A DNA stretch of 64,000 nucleotides. Origin: Macrostomum lignano (taxonomy: Eukaryota). The translations under genes and the position numbers were made by a program. The DNA is taken from positions 65,594 through 129,593 of the forward strand of contig NIVC01002930.1 in NCBI GenBank assembly GCA_002269645.1, read 5' to 3'. Shown in pieces: positions 53,255 to 64,000 of this stretch. Every line of letters begins with the position of its first letter. Positions within the stretch are counted from its first letter, which is position 1. Below the pieces are notes generated by a model. It searched no databases. It was not told where the DNA came from and saw only the letters and a program-made list of their open reading frames with translations.

Positions 53255-54249
53255 ATGCCGGAAAATCAGCAAATGTTCGGCGTGTGGAAGGCCTACAAGA
53301 GCGAGAACATGGCCGCAGTGCTTGAGAAGGCAGGTACGTTTCGCGATCGAGTCATGATGCAATGGTACAAAATATATATGATAAGTTAACATACATTGTA
53401 TACGCAGCTAGCTGTACGTCGCTTGTACAAGCAAGAGTTGACCCCCGGAAAAAATCCTGGAGCCCTGGTCCAGCTGTCTCAAACATTATAAAGTTTAAAT
53501 CCAACTACAAAAGTTCATTTTAAAACCACAGGCGCACCCTGGATGGCCAGAAAGATGGGCGCCAACGCCACGCCAACCGTGACGCTGACTCGAGTCGACG
53601 ACAAGCAAATCAAAATGACCACCAAGTCGGCCATCTTCTCTATGGATCAGATCTTCGTGGTCGGCGAGATTGTCGAATTCAAGCCACCATTCCAGAACGA
53701 ATCGCAGACGTTCCTGACAGAATGGACAGATGACGGGCGCCTTATTTTCTTCCAGGGCCCGGCTGGCAGCGACGTGAAGAACACCGGCATCAAGCAGATT
53801 CGCAGCCTGGAGCCCAACGGAGAGATGCTTGTGGTAGGAAACTGCATGGGCTATATTTGTTTATTAACTGTTCTCAGAATATAACCACCGGAGAGTACGT
53901 GCCTGAGTACTACGGGAGCCGAAAAGGACTGACAGATATAGAGATATCCTCCATTGTATAGACAATGAGTATATATAATACTTGAAGCAATCTGAAATAC
54001 ATATAGAAGTGAGTGTTTGACCCACAGACAGGAGAGTGACTGATCTGCCAATTAGGGTGCAGTGACTGACCCATGGACTGAGTAAGAGTGACTGACAGGA
54101 GAGTGAACTGACCCTTGGACAGGAGAGTGACTGATTCACAGACAGAAAAGTGACTAAAGTTTAAAACCAACTTCGACCCTGTTACCTCCCCGCAGACGTC
54201 TATCCAAGGAGATGTGACGGGATACCGCTGGTTCAAACGGGAGAACTAA
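53255..54249 (+). CDS. Fatty-acid-binding protein (calycin) paralog 1, 144 aa; exons 53255-53333, 53532-53833, 54196-54249
   Basis: FGVWKAYKSEN..LEKAG..WMARKMG..ATPTV..YRWFKR matches the FABP signature (F-x-G-x-W-x4-SEN..G); GT-AG phases are consistent. Confidence 0.88.
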
Positions 54250-54534
54250 GAGCTTGAGTTGGAGAAAGCATGCAACTATTGAAGACATCTGGTCAACAGG
54301 AAACGTGACCTTGACAGATAACAAGTTTTCTTTCAATCCTTACTTGAAGACAAGATTTAATACTGCATAAATACACTTTTCCATCGTTCTGCCCAAGAAT
54401 ATAATTCTACATGTACGTAATAATCAGAGCAGAATTCCATTTCAGTTCTTAGACATCAAATAAACATAAGGTTTTTGTTTCAGTAATAGGAGACTTGCTT
54501 TTTTTGAAATCTCTTCAGTCTTAAAAAATCTTCT

Positions 54535-54780
54535 TCCACTCTACTCTACTCTGCTCTACTCTACTCTACGATCTGCTCTACTCTACTCTACTCTAGTCTA
54601 CTCTATTCCACTTGACTCTATTCAACTATACTATACTTTACTCTAGTCTGCTTGATTCTAGTCTACTCTACTGTACTCTACTGCACTATACTTTACTTCC
54701 ACTCTACTCTACTCTACTCTGCTTTACTCTACTCTGGGCGATTCTACTCTACTCCACTCTGCTCAACTCCACTCTACTCT
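54535..54780. repeat. (CTCTA)n simple repeat
   Basis: Direct inspection. Confidence 0.9.
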
Positions 54781-55342
54781 GCACCTGTACTTTGCTCTCC
54801 TCTCTCCTTTAATGTTATCTCCAGCCTCGCTCGCATACACAGGCAATTCTCAACATTGAAATGAAACATCGCGCGAAGAGGTAATCGCAACAGCGAGAGC
54901 ACAGAACAGCAATTTATCAGCAGCAGTATGTCAAAATTTTCTTAGCTAAGCTGATAAACCGCTAGACTGCTTGGGCAAGCAGAATCAAGTTTGGAACTTT
55001 GGAAGACTCGATAACGCCGTTTTGGCAAAGCGCTATAGGAACGGGGGGGTCGTTCGTTAGGGTACGCGAGGATAGAGTTTTCGGCAGAGGAGAGAAACGA
55101 GAGGACACAGAAGTGTAAAACGCTTTCAACCCATTCACCCGACGCATGTACGGGTAAAAGTGTACGGGCTGGAATGTACACCAGAGACACAGGTCAGCAC
55201 TCCATACTGAAAAGCTCTGCTTTAAAGAACAGCCCCATTTAAGTACTGAAAACGACTAAGCTTCAATTCCCAGGGTTATTAAAGAGAAATCTAAACGTTC
55301 TATCTTTAATAGAAGCAGTGAAAATCCTTGATTGAAGCCGCC

Positions 55343-57160
55343 ATGGCAGTTGCTGGCAAAGAGAATTCTCAGCTATTCGGCGTGTGGAAGGCCTACAAGA
55401 GCGAGAATATGGCAGCGCTGATGGAGAAAGCGGGTAAGGCGGTGGAGGCTGGGTTATGAGCTGAGATAGACACAGGCTGAGGCAGGCACAGGCTGAGGCA
55501 GACACAGAATGAGGCAGACACAGAATGAGGCAGACACAGGCTGAGGCAGGCACAGGCTGAGGCAGACACAGAATGAGGCAGACACAGAATGAGGCAGACA
55601 CAGAATGAGGCAGACACAGGCTGAGGCAGGCACAGGCTGAGGCAGACACAGAATGAGGCAGACACAGAATGAGGCAGACACAGAATGAGGCAGACACAGG
55701 CTGAGGCAGGCACAGGCTGAGGCAGACACAGAATGAGGCAGACACAGAATGACGCAGACACAGAATGAGGCAGAATGAGGCAGACACAGAATGAGGCAGA
55801 CACAGAATGAGGCAGACACAGAATGAGGCAGACACAGAATGAGGCAGACACAGAATGAGGCAGACACAGAATGACGCAGACACAGAATGACGCAGACACA
55901 GAATGAGGCAGACACAGAATGAGGCAGACACAGAATGACGCAGACACAGAATGACGCAGACACAGAATGACGCAGACACAGAATGACGCAGACACAGAAT
56001 GACGCAGACAGAATGAGGCAGACACAGAATGAGGCAGACACAGAATGAGGCAGACACAGAATGACGCAGACACAGAATGACGCAGACACAGAATGACGCA
56101 GACAGAATGAGGCAGAATGAGGCAGACACAGAATGAGGCAGACACAGAATGAGGCAGACACAGAATGAGGCAGACACAGAATGACGCAGACACAGAATGA
56201 GGCAGACACAGAATGACGCAGACTGAGGCAGGCTGGATCAGACACAGGTAGACAGACCAACTTAAGGCAGACAGCCGATTCAAGCCGATCCCCAATGTCA
56301 TGCAGGCGCCCCGTGGATGGCCCGAAAGATGGGCGCCAACGCCACGCCAACCGTGACGATGACTCGACTGGACGATCGCCGGATTAGCATCAGCTCCAAG
56401 ACGATGATGTTCAACATGGAGCAGGTGCACGAGCTTGACACCCTGGTGCAGGGCGACATGGCGATGGCGGGCAAGCAGGTGGAGTACTACACCGAGTGGA
56501 CCGATGATGGAAAACTCGTCGTTTACCAGGCCGACGTGGGCGCTGGCGGCGACTTGAAGACTACTGGAATGAAAACTGTTCGAAGCTTGGAGCCCAACGG
56601 AGAAATGCTGGTGGTTCGTGCGGGCTTTCTAAATCACTGAATAACTTAAGATCCTATTGAGCTCGAATCAGTAGTCCTGAGTTCGAATCTCATTTCTTGA
56701 ATTCGAATCAGTGGTCATGGGCTCGAATATCATTTCCTGAATTCGAATCCATGGTCCTGTGCTCGAATCTCATTTCTTGAATTCGAATCAGTGGTCATGG
56801 GCTCGAATCTCATTTCTTGAATTCGAATCAGTGGTCATGGGCTCGAATCTCATTTATTGAATTCGAATCAGTGGTCATGGGCTCGAATCTCATTTCTTAA
56901 ATTCGAATCAGTGGTCATGGGCTCGAATCTCATTTCTTGAATTCGAATCAGTGGTCATGGGCTCGAATCTCATTTATTGAATTCGAATCAGTGGTCATGG
57001 GCTCGAATCTCATTTCTTAAATTCGAATCCTAGGTCCCGAGCTCGAATCCCATATCTCAACTCTTAACTTAAAGAGTCAGAGGTAGACCCGTGTATCGCA
57101 TTTTAGACCGTGAGCATGGACAACGTGGTTGCCTACCGGTGGTTCAAGAGGCAGACTTGA
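55343..57160 (+). CDS. Fatty-acid-binding protein paralog 2, 150 aa; exons 55343-55433, 56306-56613, 57107-57160
   Basis: Same signature and same intron positions as paralog 1. Confidence 0.88.
55460..56230. repeat. 16-bp minisatellite (GAGGCAGACACAGAAT) in FABP2 intron 1
   Basis: Direct inspection; source of ORFs 55263-56430. Confidence 0.95.
56655..57050. repeat. 40-bp minisatellite in FABP2 intron 2
   Basis: GCTCGAATCTCATTTCTTGAATTCGAATCAGTGGTCATGG, about 9 copies. Confidence 0.93.
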
Positions 57161-57554
57161 AACTTCAGACATAAAACCGACTTTCAATTTTAGCAGATAA
57201 AAAAACGAACAACGTAAATTCCGTGCTATATTCTTAGTGCATTGTCGTTTATATTATTTATTATATTTACACGTAGAAACAGTATGGCAAAGTTTGTTGG
57301 ATTTTCTATCATTATCTTCCTGTCTTACCTCCAACCTCTATTAGGAGGATATGATATTATTTCTCAGAAATTAGACTGAATGATTGCCACATTGAGCGTC
57401 CAAAATAATTTATAAAATTTGAAAGCTAAATAAATATTTCAATTATTCGACATTATTCAAAGGTCACGGTATACTCTTAACACGTACGAGTTCTCGATCG
57501 TATACCCGTTTTTATTTTTTGTGTTTTTAAAAAAGTGAGGAATAAAATATGGGA

Positions 57555-58740
57555 GAGAAGATGAACAGCAGGAAGATAATTGGGAAGACAGGAGGGAGAA
57601 GGGATGAAACAGCAGGAAGATAATTGGGAAGACAGGAGGGAGAAGGGGATGAAACAGCAGGAAGATAATTGGGAAGAGAGGAGGGAGAAGGGGATGAAAC
57701 AGCAGGAAGATAATTGGGAAGACAGGAGGGAGAAGGGGATGAAACAGCAGGAAGATAATTGGGAAGACAGGAGGGAGAAGGGGATGAAACAGCAGGAAGA
57801 TAATTGGGAAGACAGGAGGGAGAAGGGGATGAAACAGCAGGAAGATAATTGGGAAGAGATAAGAGAGAGAAGGAGATGAAACAGCAGGAAGATAATTGGG
57901 AAGAGAGGAGGGAGAAGGGGATGAAACAGCAGGAAGATAATTGGGAAGAGAGGAGGGAGAAGGGGATGAAACAGCAGGAAGATAATTGGGAAGAGAGGAG
58001 GGAGAAGGGGATGAAACAGCAGGAAGATAATTGGGAAGACAGGAGGGAGAAGGGGATGAAACAGCAGGAAGATAATTGGGAAGAGAGGAGGGAGAAGGGG
58101 ATGAAACAGCAGGAAGATAATTGGGAAGAGAGGAGGGAGAAGGGATGAAACAGCAGGAAGATAATTGGGAAGACAGGAGGGAGAAGGGGATGAAACAGCA
58201 GGAAGATAATTGGGAAGACAGGAGGGAGAAGGGATGAAACAGCAGGAAGATAATTGGGAAGACAGGAGGGAGAAGGGGATGAAACAGCAGGAAGATAATT
58301 GGGAAGACAGGAGGGAGAAGGGGATGAAACAGCAGGAAGATAATTGGGAAGAGATAAGAGAGAGAAGGAGATGAAACAGCAGGAAGATAATTGGGAAGAG
58401 AGGAGGGAGAAGGGGATGAAACAGCAGGAAGATAATTGGGAAGAGAGGAGGGAGAAGAAACAGCAGGAAGATAATTGGGAAGAGAGGAGGGAGAAGGGGA
58501 TGAAACAGCAGGAAGATAATTGGGAAGAGAGGAGGGAGAAGGGGATGAAACAGCAGGAAGATAATTGGGAAGACAGGAGGGAGAAGGGGATGAAACAGCA
58601 GGAAGATAATTGGGAAGAGAGGAGGAGAAGGGGATGAAACAGCAGGAAGATAATTGGAAGAGAGGAGGGAGAAGGGGATGAAACAGCAGGAAGATAATTG
58701 GGAAGACAGGAGGGAGAAGGGGATGAAACAACAGGAAGAT
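57555..58740. repeat. 45-bp purine-rich minisatellite
   Basis: GGGGATGAAACAGCAGGAAGATAATTGGGAAGACAGGAGGGAGAA, about 26 copies. Confidence 0.95.
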
Positions 58741-58783
58741 AAAGTTTGCGACGAAGTCAGTTAGCTGAGTACAGAAGAAGCCA

Positions 58784-59164
58784 TCACGCGAAGCACTTGT
58801 CCGCATTGCGCAACAGAGCCTCGCGGTGTTTGTCCTTCAAGTGCAGCAGGAACTCCGGCGCCAAGCCCTGGTACTGGCAGTCCGGCGCCGGGCATTTGAT
58901 CGGCCGGCGCTCGCAAGCGACTTCGTGTTCGCGAATTTCGCCGCGCGGGCCTCGTCGATCGCAGTGCGGACATTTGAAGGGCAGACTGTCGATCATCCGA
59001 CGGGCCAAGGCGCTGGCCTCGGCTCGCACAGGCTCGTGGCGGCACTGGGCGCACCTGTTCACCCGGGCGACGCAGGCGCGGCAGTGCACCTGGTGACAGC
59101 AGCTGGTCTCCATAGCCTGATCGGCTATCTCAAGGCAGATCGGGCATCTTAGCCAAGCTTCCAT
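58784..59164 (-). CDS. 126-aa RING plus two zinc fingers (SIAH/Sina- or TRAF-type N-terminal module)
   Basis: C3HC4 RING CPICLE..SCCHQVHCRAC..CAQCR, then C-x2-C-x11-H-x3-C and C-x4-C-x11-H-x4-H. Confidence 0.82.
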   Translation of the reverse strand: MEAWLRCPICLEIADQAMETSCCHQVHCRACVARVNRCAQCRHEPVRAEASALARRMIDSLPFKCPHCDRRGPRGEIREHEVACERRPIKCPAPDCQYQGLAPEFLLHLKDKHREALLRNADKCFA

Positions 59165-59964
59165 CGCTTAGTAAAATAATAAGACTGCCTGGGTTCGTAT
59201 TGTGAATTGAAACGAGAAACTGCTGGAAGGGTGTATCTGGGGGGGGGGCTTTTCTAGCAGTCAAATCGCTTGCGGCGTACGCGCTGCCTCCGGGGAAGGA
59301 GGGAGCGCAGGGGTGAGACGGATTGGAATGGACATTCTATGCCGGGGTCTGAGGGTTGGTACGAGATTACACATTATAGCTGCTTGTCCTGCTAGAGGAG
59401 AGGGGGACGAATGTACGCAAGCCCACGCTAGTAGTTTGCGAGTACATCTGTACACTTTGCTCAGAGAGAGGGTAGTTTGTTCAGTACAGTTTTGTAGAGA
59501 TAAACAGCCCTAACGCCGGTAACTCAACATTTCTCAAAAAAATGCTAGCTATAATACTGTCAACATATTTAAAAGATTTTGATTACTTTAAAAACAGATC
59601 TCTCTTGCACCTTAACCATATATACGGACTGGTAGAACATATCCAATTCATTCGGCCCTACCATCCCCTCTCCTCCTCTCCTCTCTGCCCTTCATGCATT
59701 GACCTGCCAGGAAAATGACAGGAATTTCAATTTTTCTCCCAAATTACCTTTCCAAATTTTCCAGGTCCATTAGAATTGCTTGCAGACGAACCATCGAGAT
59801 TTGCCCCGCGATGCATTGATTTAGCCTTGTGGCATTTTGCCCCAATGGGGAACGACATCGTATATGCATGCATTAATAGCTTACCGATGCACATGTACAC
59901 AAGGACCACTGTAGTAGGACTCAGGACCACAGTGGTCCTTGCATGTACATCGGTTGGGGGGGGG

Positions 59965-60320
59965 GGGCAAAATGCAGGCAAACCTTGGCGGGAAAAGCCG
60001 GGCGGGTAAACCTTGGCGGGAAAAGCCGGGCGGGTAAACCTTGGCGGGAAAAGCCGGGCGGGTAAACCTTGCGCGGAAAACGGCGCGGGCAAAGCTTGGC
60101 GGGAAAGCCGGGCGGGTAAACCTTGGCGGGAAAACCGGGCGCGGCAAACCTTGGCGGGAAAAGCCGGGCGGGCAAACCTTGGCGGGAAAAGCCGGGCGGG
60201 TATTCGTAAACCTTGGCGGGAAAAAGCCGGGCGGGCAAAGCTTGGCGGGAAAAGCCGGGCGGGCAAAGCTTGGCGGGAAAAGCCGGGTGGGCAAACCTTG
60301 GCGGGAAAAGCCGGGCGGAC
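59965..60320. repeat. ~28-bp GC-rich tandem repeat (AAACCTTGGCGGGAAAAGCCGGGCGGGT)
   Basis: Direct inspection. Confidence 0.9.
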
Positions 60321-60699
60321 TTTAATTCCTTGTGTTTACATCAATCAATCAATCAATCAAAATATACAGAAGACAGTTCTTCGGTGAAGATTCTGATTCG
60401 GAATTTTATTGGAAATAAGTTACAAGCATTTATTGCATAATACGAGTATTATTGATATCAGTTTTCATCCTAAGAACAAAAACAATGTGGCGCTGTCTGT
60501 TTCTAGTATAGATTGCATGCATCATTGTGAAAGATTTTGATGCCTAAGTTGCTGAGCAGCGAATCAATGGCTATGGGCTTTGCTTACATGGTAAAGCGTA
60601 AATAACGGACAAAGCAAGTCAATGTGACGGGTTAATACAATGCGACGAGAGAAACGAAAGCGGCCGGTGTACGCCGCTGGTAACAGATGATTCCTTCGA

Positions 60700-62341
60700 C
60701 TAAACATCGCTGACGTGATCGTACGGTATCCGGGCTTGCTTTCGGCCGCCCGCTGCAGCGGCAGCCACCGCCGATACCGAGCTGTGATGCTGCCTGTGCG
60801 ACATCTTTGTCAGACTGTTCAGCTGCGTGTAGCCTGGATGCTGCTGTTGTTGCTGCTGCTGCTGCTGCTGCCTCCGGTAGCCCAGCGGCGAGCCAAGCTG
60901 TCTGCCCGGGGGATGCTGCGGCACGCTGACGTATTCGCCACCGACGCCTCCTCGCTGCTGCCGCACCGTTGTCGATGCTGCCGCCGTCAAAGCCACGTCC
61001 GGAGCGACGCCAGCACCGCACAGCCGTAGGTCAGTGTCCGACTGGCATTGCGACGAGCGGCCGGGCGCTGGAACGGAATTGGCCGAACTTCGCTGATGAA
61101 ACATTCCTGCAAGGAGGGGAAAGGGAGGGAGAAGAGAGGGAGATGAGAGGGGAAATAAGGGAGGGAGAGGGGAGGAAGATGAGAGGGGAAAGGGAGGGAG
61201 AAGGGAGGAAGATGGGAGAGGAAAGGGAGAAGAGATGAAGATGAGAGGGGAAGGGAGGGAGAAAGGAGGAAGATTAGAGGGGAAGGGAGGGAGAAAGGAG
61301 GAAGATGGAGAGGAAAGGGAGAAGAGAGAGGATGAGAGGGGGGAGTGAGAGAGAAGGGAGGGAGAAGGAAGGGAGAAGGAAGAGAGAAGGGAGGGAGAAT
61401 GGAGGAAGATGAGGGGGAGAAGGAAGGCAGGAGGGCGAAGAGAAAGGAGAGAGAAGGGAGGGAGAAGGGAGGAAGATGAGGGGGAGAAGGGAGGCAGGAG
61501 GGCGAAGAGAAAGGAGAGAGAAGGGAGGGAGAAGGGAGGAAGATGAGGGGGAGAAGGGAGGCAGGAGGGCGAAGAGAAAGGAGAGGAGGTGAGTTAGGGT
61601 TAATACATGGAACCCATGGGCTTGTCAGATGTAGCTCGCACACTGCCTGACCATGAGATTAGATCTGTGCTTGCGTACCTGAGTGCTTCAGACATTAGGT
61701 AATGGAGTTGAGTGTTGCGTCATCAAGAAGTTGCGTCAGAACCTACACCGGCCACTGCAACCCTGACTAACTGACAAATAAATTCGTCAACAGAGAAAAA
61801 CAGGTATTTAGGAACATTTCTCAGGAGATCACAAAAGAACTGCGCTAAGCGTTTGCTGCTTACCGAGGTCATCTAGACCGCAGATTCCCAGCTTCGCCAG
61901 ATCCGTTCTGCTTGTCCTCGACATCCTCTGCTGATTCAGGGCGGCGGCGCTGCGGCGGCTGGTTCGTCATCGCACTTCTCGTACTGCTGGTGCTGCTGCT
62001 GCTGTCTCTGCTGTTGCCGGTAATTCTTTTTCAGCGCTAGAGGCTGCACGGTCAAGTGGGAGACGCTTATGGGTGTTACTTGTTATTCATTGGTCATTTG
62101 GGACGCTGGAAGTCTAAAGGGAAGTGCTGAATCAAGAAGAGACACCAGAGCCTCACCCGGAAGAAGCATTTAAGCATTTAAAGATAAAAGCATCAAATTG
62201 CAGGGAAGTTTCGCAGGCAACTTACAATTGACGAGGCCGGATATCCGGTTTGCTCGGACCGCCCCGTGTGGTGCTGCGTCTTCATGGTCAGCGACTCGTA
62301 TGCCCTGGCTGGGTCCATCTTCATCAACTCGGACGGATCGA
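60700..62341 (-). CDS. 3' exons of an unidentified gene (62341-62226, 62043-61864, 61106-60700); poly-Q, ends in ...IPYDHVSDV
   Basis: Canonical acceptors and GTAAGT/GTAAGC donors. The middle exon is 1 nt short of phase consistency. The C-terminal SDV fits a class I PDZ-binding motif. Confidence 0.5.
61110..61590. repeat. GA-rich low-complexity intronic tract
   Basis: Direct inspection. Confidence 0.85.
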
Positions 62342-64000
62342 CTGTAGAAGAGAACGGGAGCGATGTTGACCTTCGTCCTACTAAATCTGTGATAATTTGA
62401 TAATGAAGATACTTCAAACTGAGACATGGCGAATATTTTCAGACAAATAATACATAACTTCATATTAGAAAGCATATAATTCGTAGTCTCAATCCATAAA
62501 AAGATTCCCATCTTTTTTCGCTCATCAAAGCCACGCAATCGCGGCCATCCCGCCTCAAGAGCCGGCCAGAATCAAACGAATCAAAGCAACAGCTGAGCAG
62601 AGAAGGCAGAGAAGAAAAAGGGGCCGGCCCACTAATGCGTGGGGGAGGGGGTGGGCTGCGATTATTTAGCCACCTGAGCTGTTATAATTAAAGGGAAGAC
62701 TGAAGCGCGGAGACGGGGCGGTGCAAAAAATGTCGCGTGTGAAAAGTGTCGGCAGGGGAGCGCGCGGGGTTGGCCCGAGGTACAGTAAGTGAAGGCGTTC
62801 AAGCGCTCATGCCTCGACTGTAACCTCGAAGGCTCGAAGCCGGCCAGAAGCTAAGTAAATTTGCGATGGCTTTTTAGTCTCAGCCGTTCCTTCTCATGCG
62901 GAACGGGGCAATGAACAACAATTGCAGTCGTGCGCTCCACCATATAGTGAGTTGAGCTCAATTAACAACCGGGGTTAATTCCTTTGTAAAAACCCACCGA
63001 TGCGCGACCAGCAAACCCGACACCCTTCAAGCCAGGCCACCAGCTGCTGCAGTCCTTGAGCTTTAGTCGAGATTCAACGAGAAAGCTTCGCTTAAAAGCG
63101 AATGACACCTTCCAGGTAAGAGGATCTGCAGGTCCTCAGCAATGTGACTAGAAAACAATAGAGCTCACACACTTGTGCTCTTGGTACTCAGTATTGTTTT
63201 ACTATTTTAGCAGATAGACTAGCTCTGATATGGATAGCTTTGTCTGCGAGCAGAGAGGGAGCTTGTTCGTGCATTGCAGTGAACTGGAGCCAGCCTCCTT
63301 CTTCTGCGCTCCCGCGGCTTTACCAGAAAATCAATCAAAGAAGGCGGACAAAGAAAGAAAGGAGGCACAGGTATGACACAGCTAGGCATCTGCGCGTCAG
63401 TAGCAAGAAAATGAATCAAAGAAATTGCGCACCAGACAGACAGAGTGACAGACAGGTTAATTAATCTCTGCATAAGGAAAGCAATATGAACCTCGAAGTC
63501 CTTGATTGCCAGCTCTCTCCATCAGTTTTTGTTTAACTGACTTCCATCCTCGCACCAACCATTATTAAAATTTCACACTTGGAAAACTTTCTGGGGGGGG
63601 GGGCGAAAAAAAGTGAAACACGACCCGCAAATGCTGGTTTATTTTGGTTTTGAAATGTAGGCAGATGCTGTTCGGTCAGGTTTCTCTGATGATGTCTTTC
63701 CTACCGTCGCAGCAGCGGGAAAATTGATTTTTTTGTCATTTTTTCAATAGCACCTGGTTCTGCACGTCTCTGTGCAACGTGTCCCGACTTCCTCACTCAC
63801 GATCCCGCGCCAGCACTGAGCGAAGAGGTAGCGTCTAGCGACCCTCAAAAGTTCAGCTCCTTTCACTTCCTTGTTGACTATAACCTTCCCCCAATTCAGA
63901 GGTTACAAAGCCTTCCATTTGCATTTGCAGTGACTGTGGCCACATCAAAGAAGCGTGGGTCTTAGTGCGGTGTCAACAACAATTTTTTTTCAATAATTTA

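Noticed and set aside
55263-56430. Three long Cys-rich minus-strand ORFs
   Set aside because: Antisense of the FABP2 intron minisatellite.
57457-58806. 449-aa minus ORF and the MKQQEDNWE plus-strand ORFs
   Set aside because: 45-bp array; frames are broken by unit-length variation.

Overview
Eukaryotic (metazoan) genomic DNA with GC-rich exons, AT-rich intergenic DNA and introns largely built from minisatellites. The style suggests a free-living flatworm such as Macrostomum, which is an unconfirmed inference. Host genes: RPL28 (5' part), an ALK1/2 (saxophone)-class BMP type I receptor, a 4-exon orphan with periodic CxxC-x4 modules, a divergent syntaxin, a 6-exon Tonsoku-like (TONSL) gene, two tandem FABPs, a small SIAH-like RING/zinc-finger gene, and the 3' exons of an unidentified gene. 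Mobile DNA: a decayed RNase H-bearing LINE, several MITE/foldback elements and, as the main finding, a very young 10.56-kb Ty3/Gypsy LTR element (12465-23025, minus strand, ATTG TSD, LTRs about 99.5% identical). Its gene order is gag - env - pol - tandem RING. The env looks like a herpesvirus gB-type (class III) fusion glycoprotein and lies between gag and pol rather than after pol, possibly within one Gag-Env-Pol polyprotein. The usual env position is instead occupied by a small double-RING putative E3 ligase. All family assignments come from motif recognition by eye; no database searches were run.
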